A stretch of 64,000 bases of DNA, taken from the NCBI GenBank assembly GCA_025786725.1, contig JAHLTZ010000052.1, positions 1 to 64,000 on the forward strand, in the 5' to 3' direction. The notes beneath the pieces were generated by a model that saw only the letters and a program-made list of their open reading frames with translations, ran no database searches and had not been told where the DNA came from. Positions 63,501 to 64,000 of the stretch are shown piece after piece (position 1 is the stretch's first letter; each line of letters opens with the position of its first letter). Both the position numbers and the translations under genes were made by a program. Origin of the DNA: Syncephalis fuscata S228. Its lineage: Eukaryota > Fungi > Zoopagomycota.

Positions 63501-64000
63501 ATGCTGAATTCCAGCCTCAGTTTTGTTTTCAAGTATCAGTAGTAAGTACACCATATATTTTAGCAAACCAATATTAATTATTAATAGGCACAGCACAATG
63601 ATACCATTACAATTGCAGTAAGTAAATGGTTATTTAACAGCTTTATTACTAATCAGATATTCAGAACTGCGGTTTACCAATAGTAGTGGGTTAGTTTGAA
63701 TAGTAATGTTAATTAAATTGCTAACATTTGGTTTAGTAAACGACGCTGAAGTTCGTATGGACCAAGCAAAAACAGCCATTGGTAATTGTGTCATTACAAT
63801 ACCTGGCTGTACGAGTAAGTAGTAACTATTTTTATTATAATCATTATTAACCATGTAAAACAGCTGTGTTTAATATACATATTGTTAAACGCACTCCCCC
63901 TGCCCAACTAAATGACAACTCAGTATTAAAACAAGTAAGTTTATAATATATTTAAATATCATTAGCATATAACTTATATTATGCTGTAGAGAATCGACAT
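60545..64000 (+). repeat. Segmental duplication, inverted copy of 13345-16800, running off the window end
   Basis: Near identity from ~60640 onward; lower identity over 60545-60640. Confidence 0.97.
63093..64000 (+). CDS. 5' exons of a third kinase copy (recent duplicate of 11850-14252), truncated by the window edge
   Basis: Exon 1 differs by 2 amino acids; downstream small exons and splice sites are conserved. Confidence 0.88.

Noticed and set aside
1-64000. An autonomous transposase, recombinase, Rep/helicase, reverse transcriptase, tRNA or rRNA gene
   Set aside because: No such motifs recognised in the ORF track or by reading; a highly spliced or decayed copy could have been missed.

Overview
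AT-rich, intron-dense eukaryotic DNA with short GT-AG introns; gene content and style suggest an early-diverging fungus, possibly a Zoopagomycota mycoparasite (inference only). There are two islands of recognisable genes. The first (18.3-29.1 kb) holds two divergently transcribed half-size ABCA transporters, a small secreted Cys-rich protein, DDI1 and a 3' fragment of SEC6. The second (46-55.6 kb) holds an SDR, a minimal LPMO-like protein, a kinase relic and a COG2-like gene. The rest is rearranged accessory DNA: a 2-kb 16-bp satellite, three copies of a divergent FHA-like/Ser-Thr kinase gene, two ~3.4-kb inverted segmental duplications, and about 14 copies of a non-coding repeat (here called family A). 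Family A carries two TTGAAC-type motifs exactly 21 bp apart. It brackets the kinase and orphan-gene blocks, both breakpoints of the youngest duplication fall at its TAATTGAAC motif, and the satellite is a polymer of its core motif. This is the best candidate for an undescribed cassette or mobilisation system, but no recombinase or transposase is visible in the window. All alignments were done by eye, so repeat boundaries are approximate.
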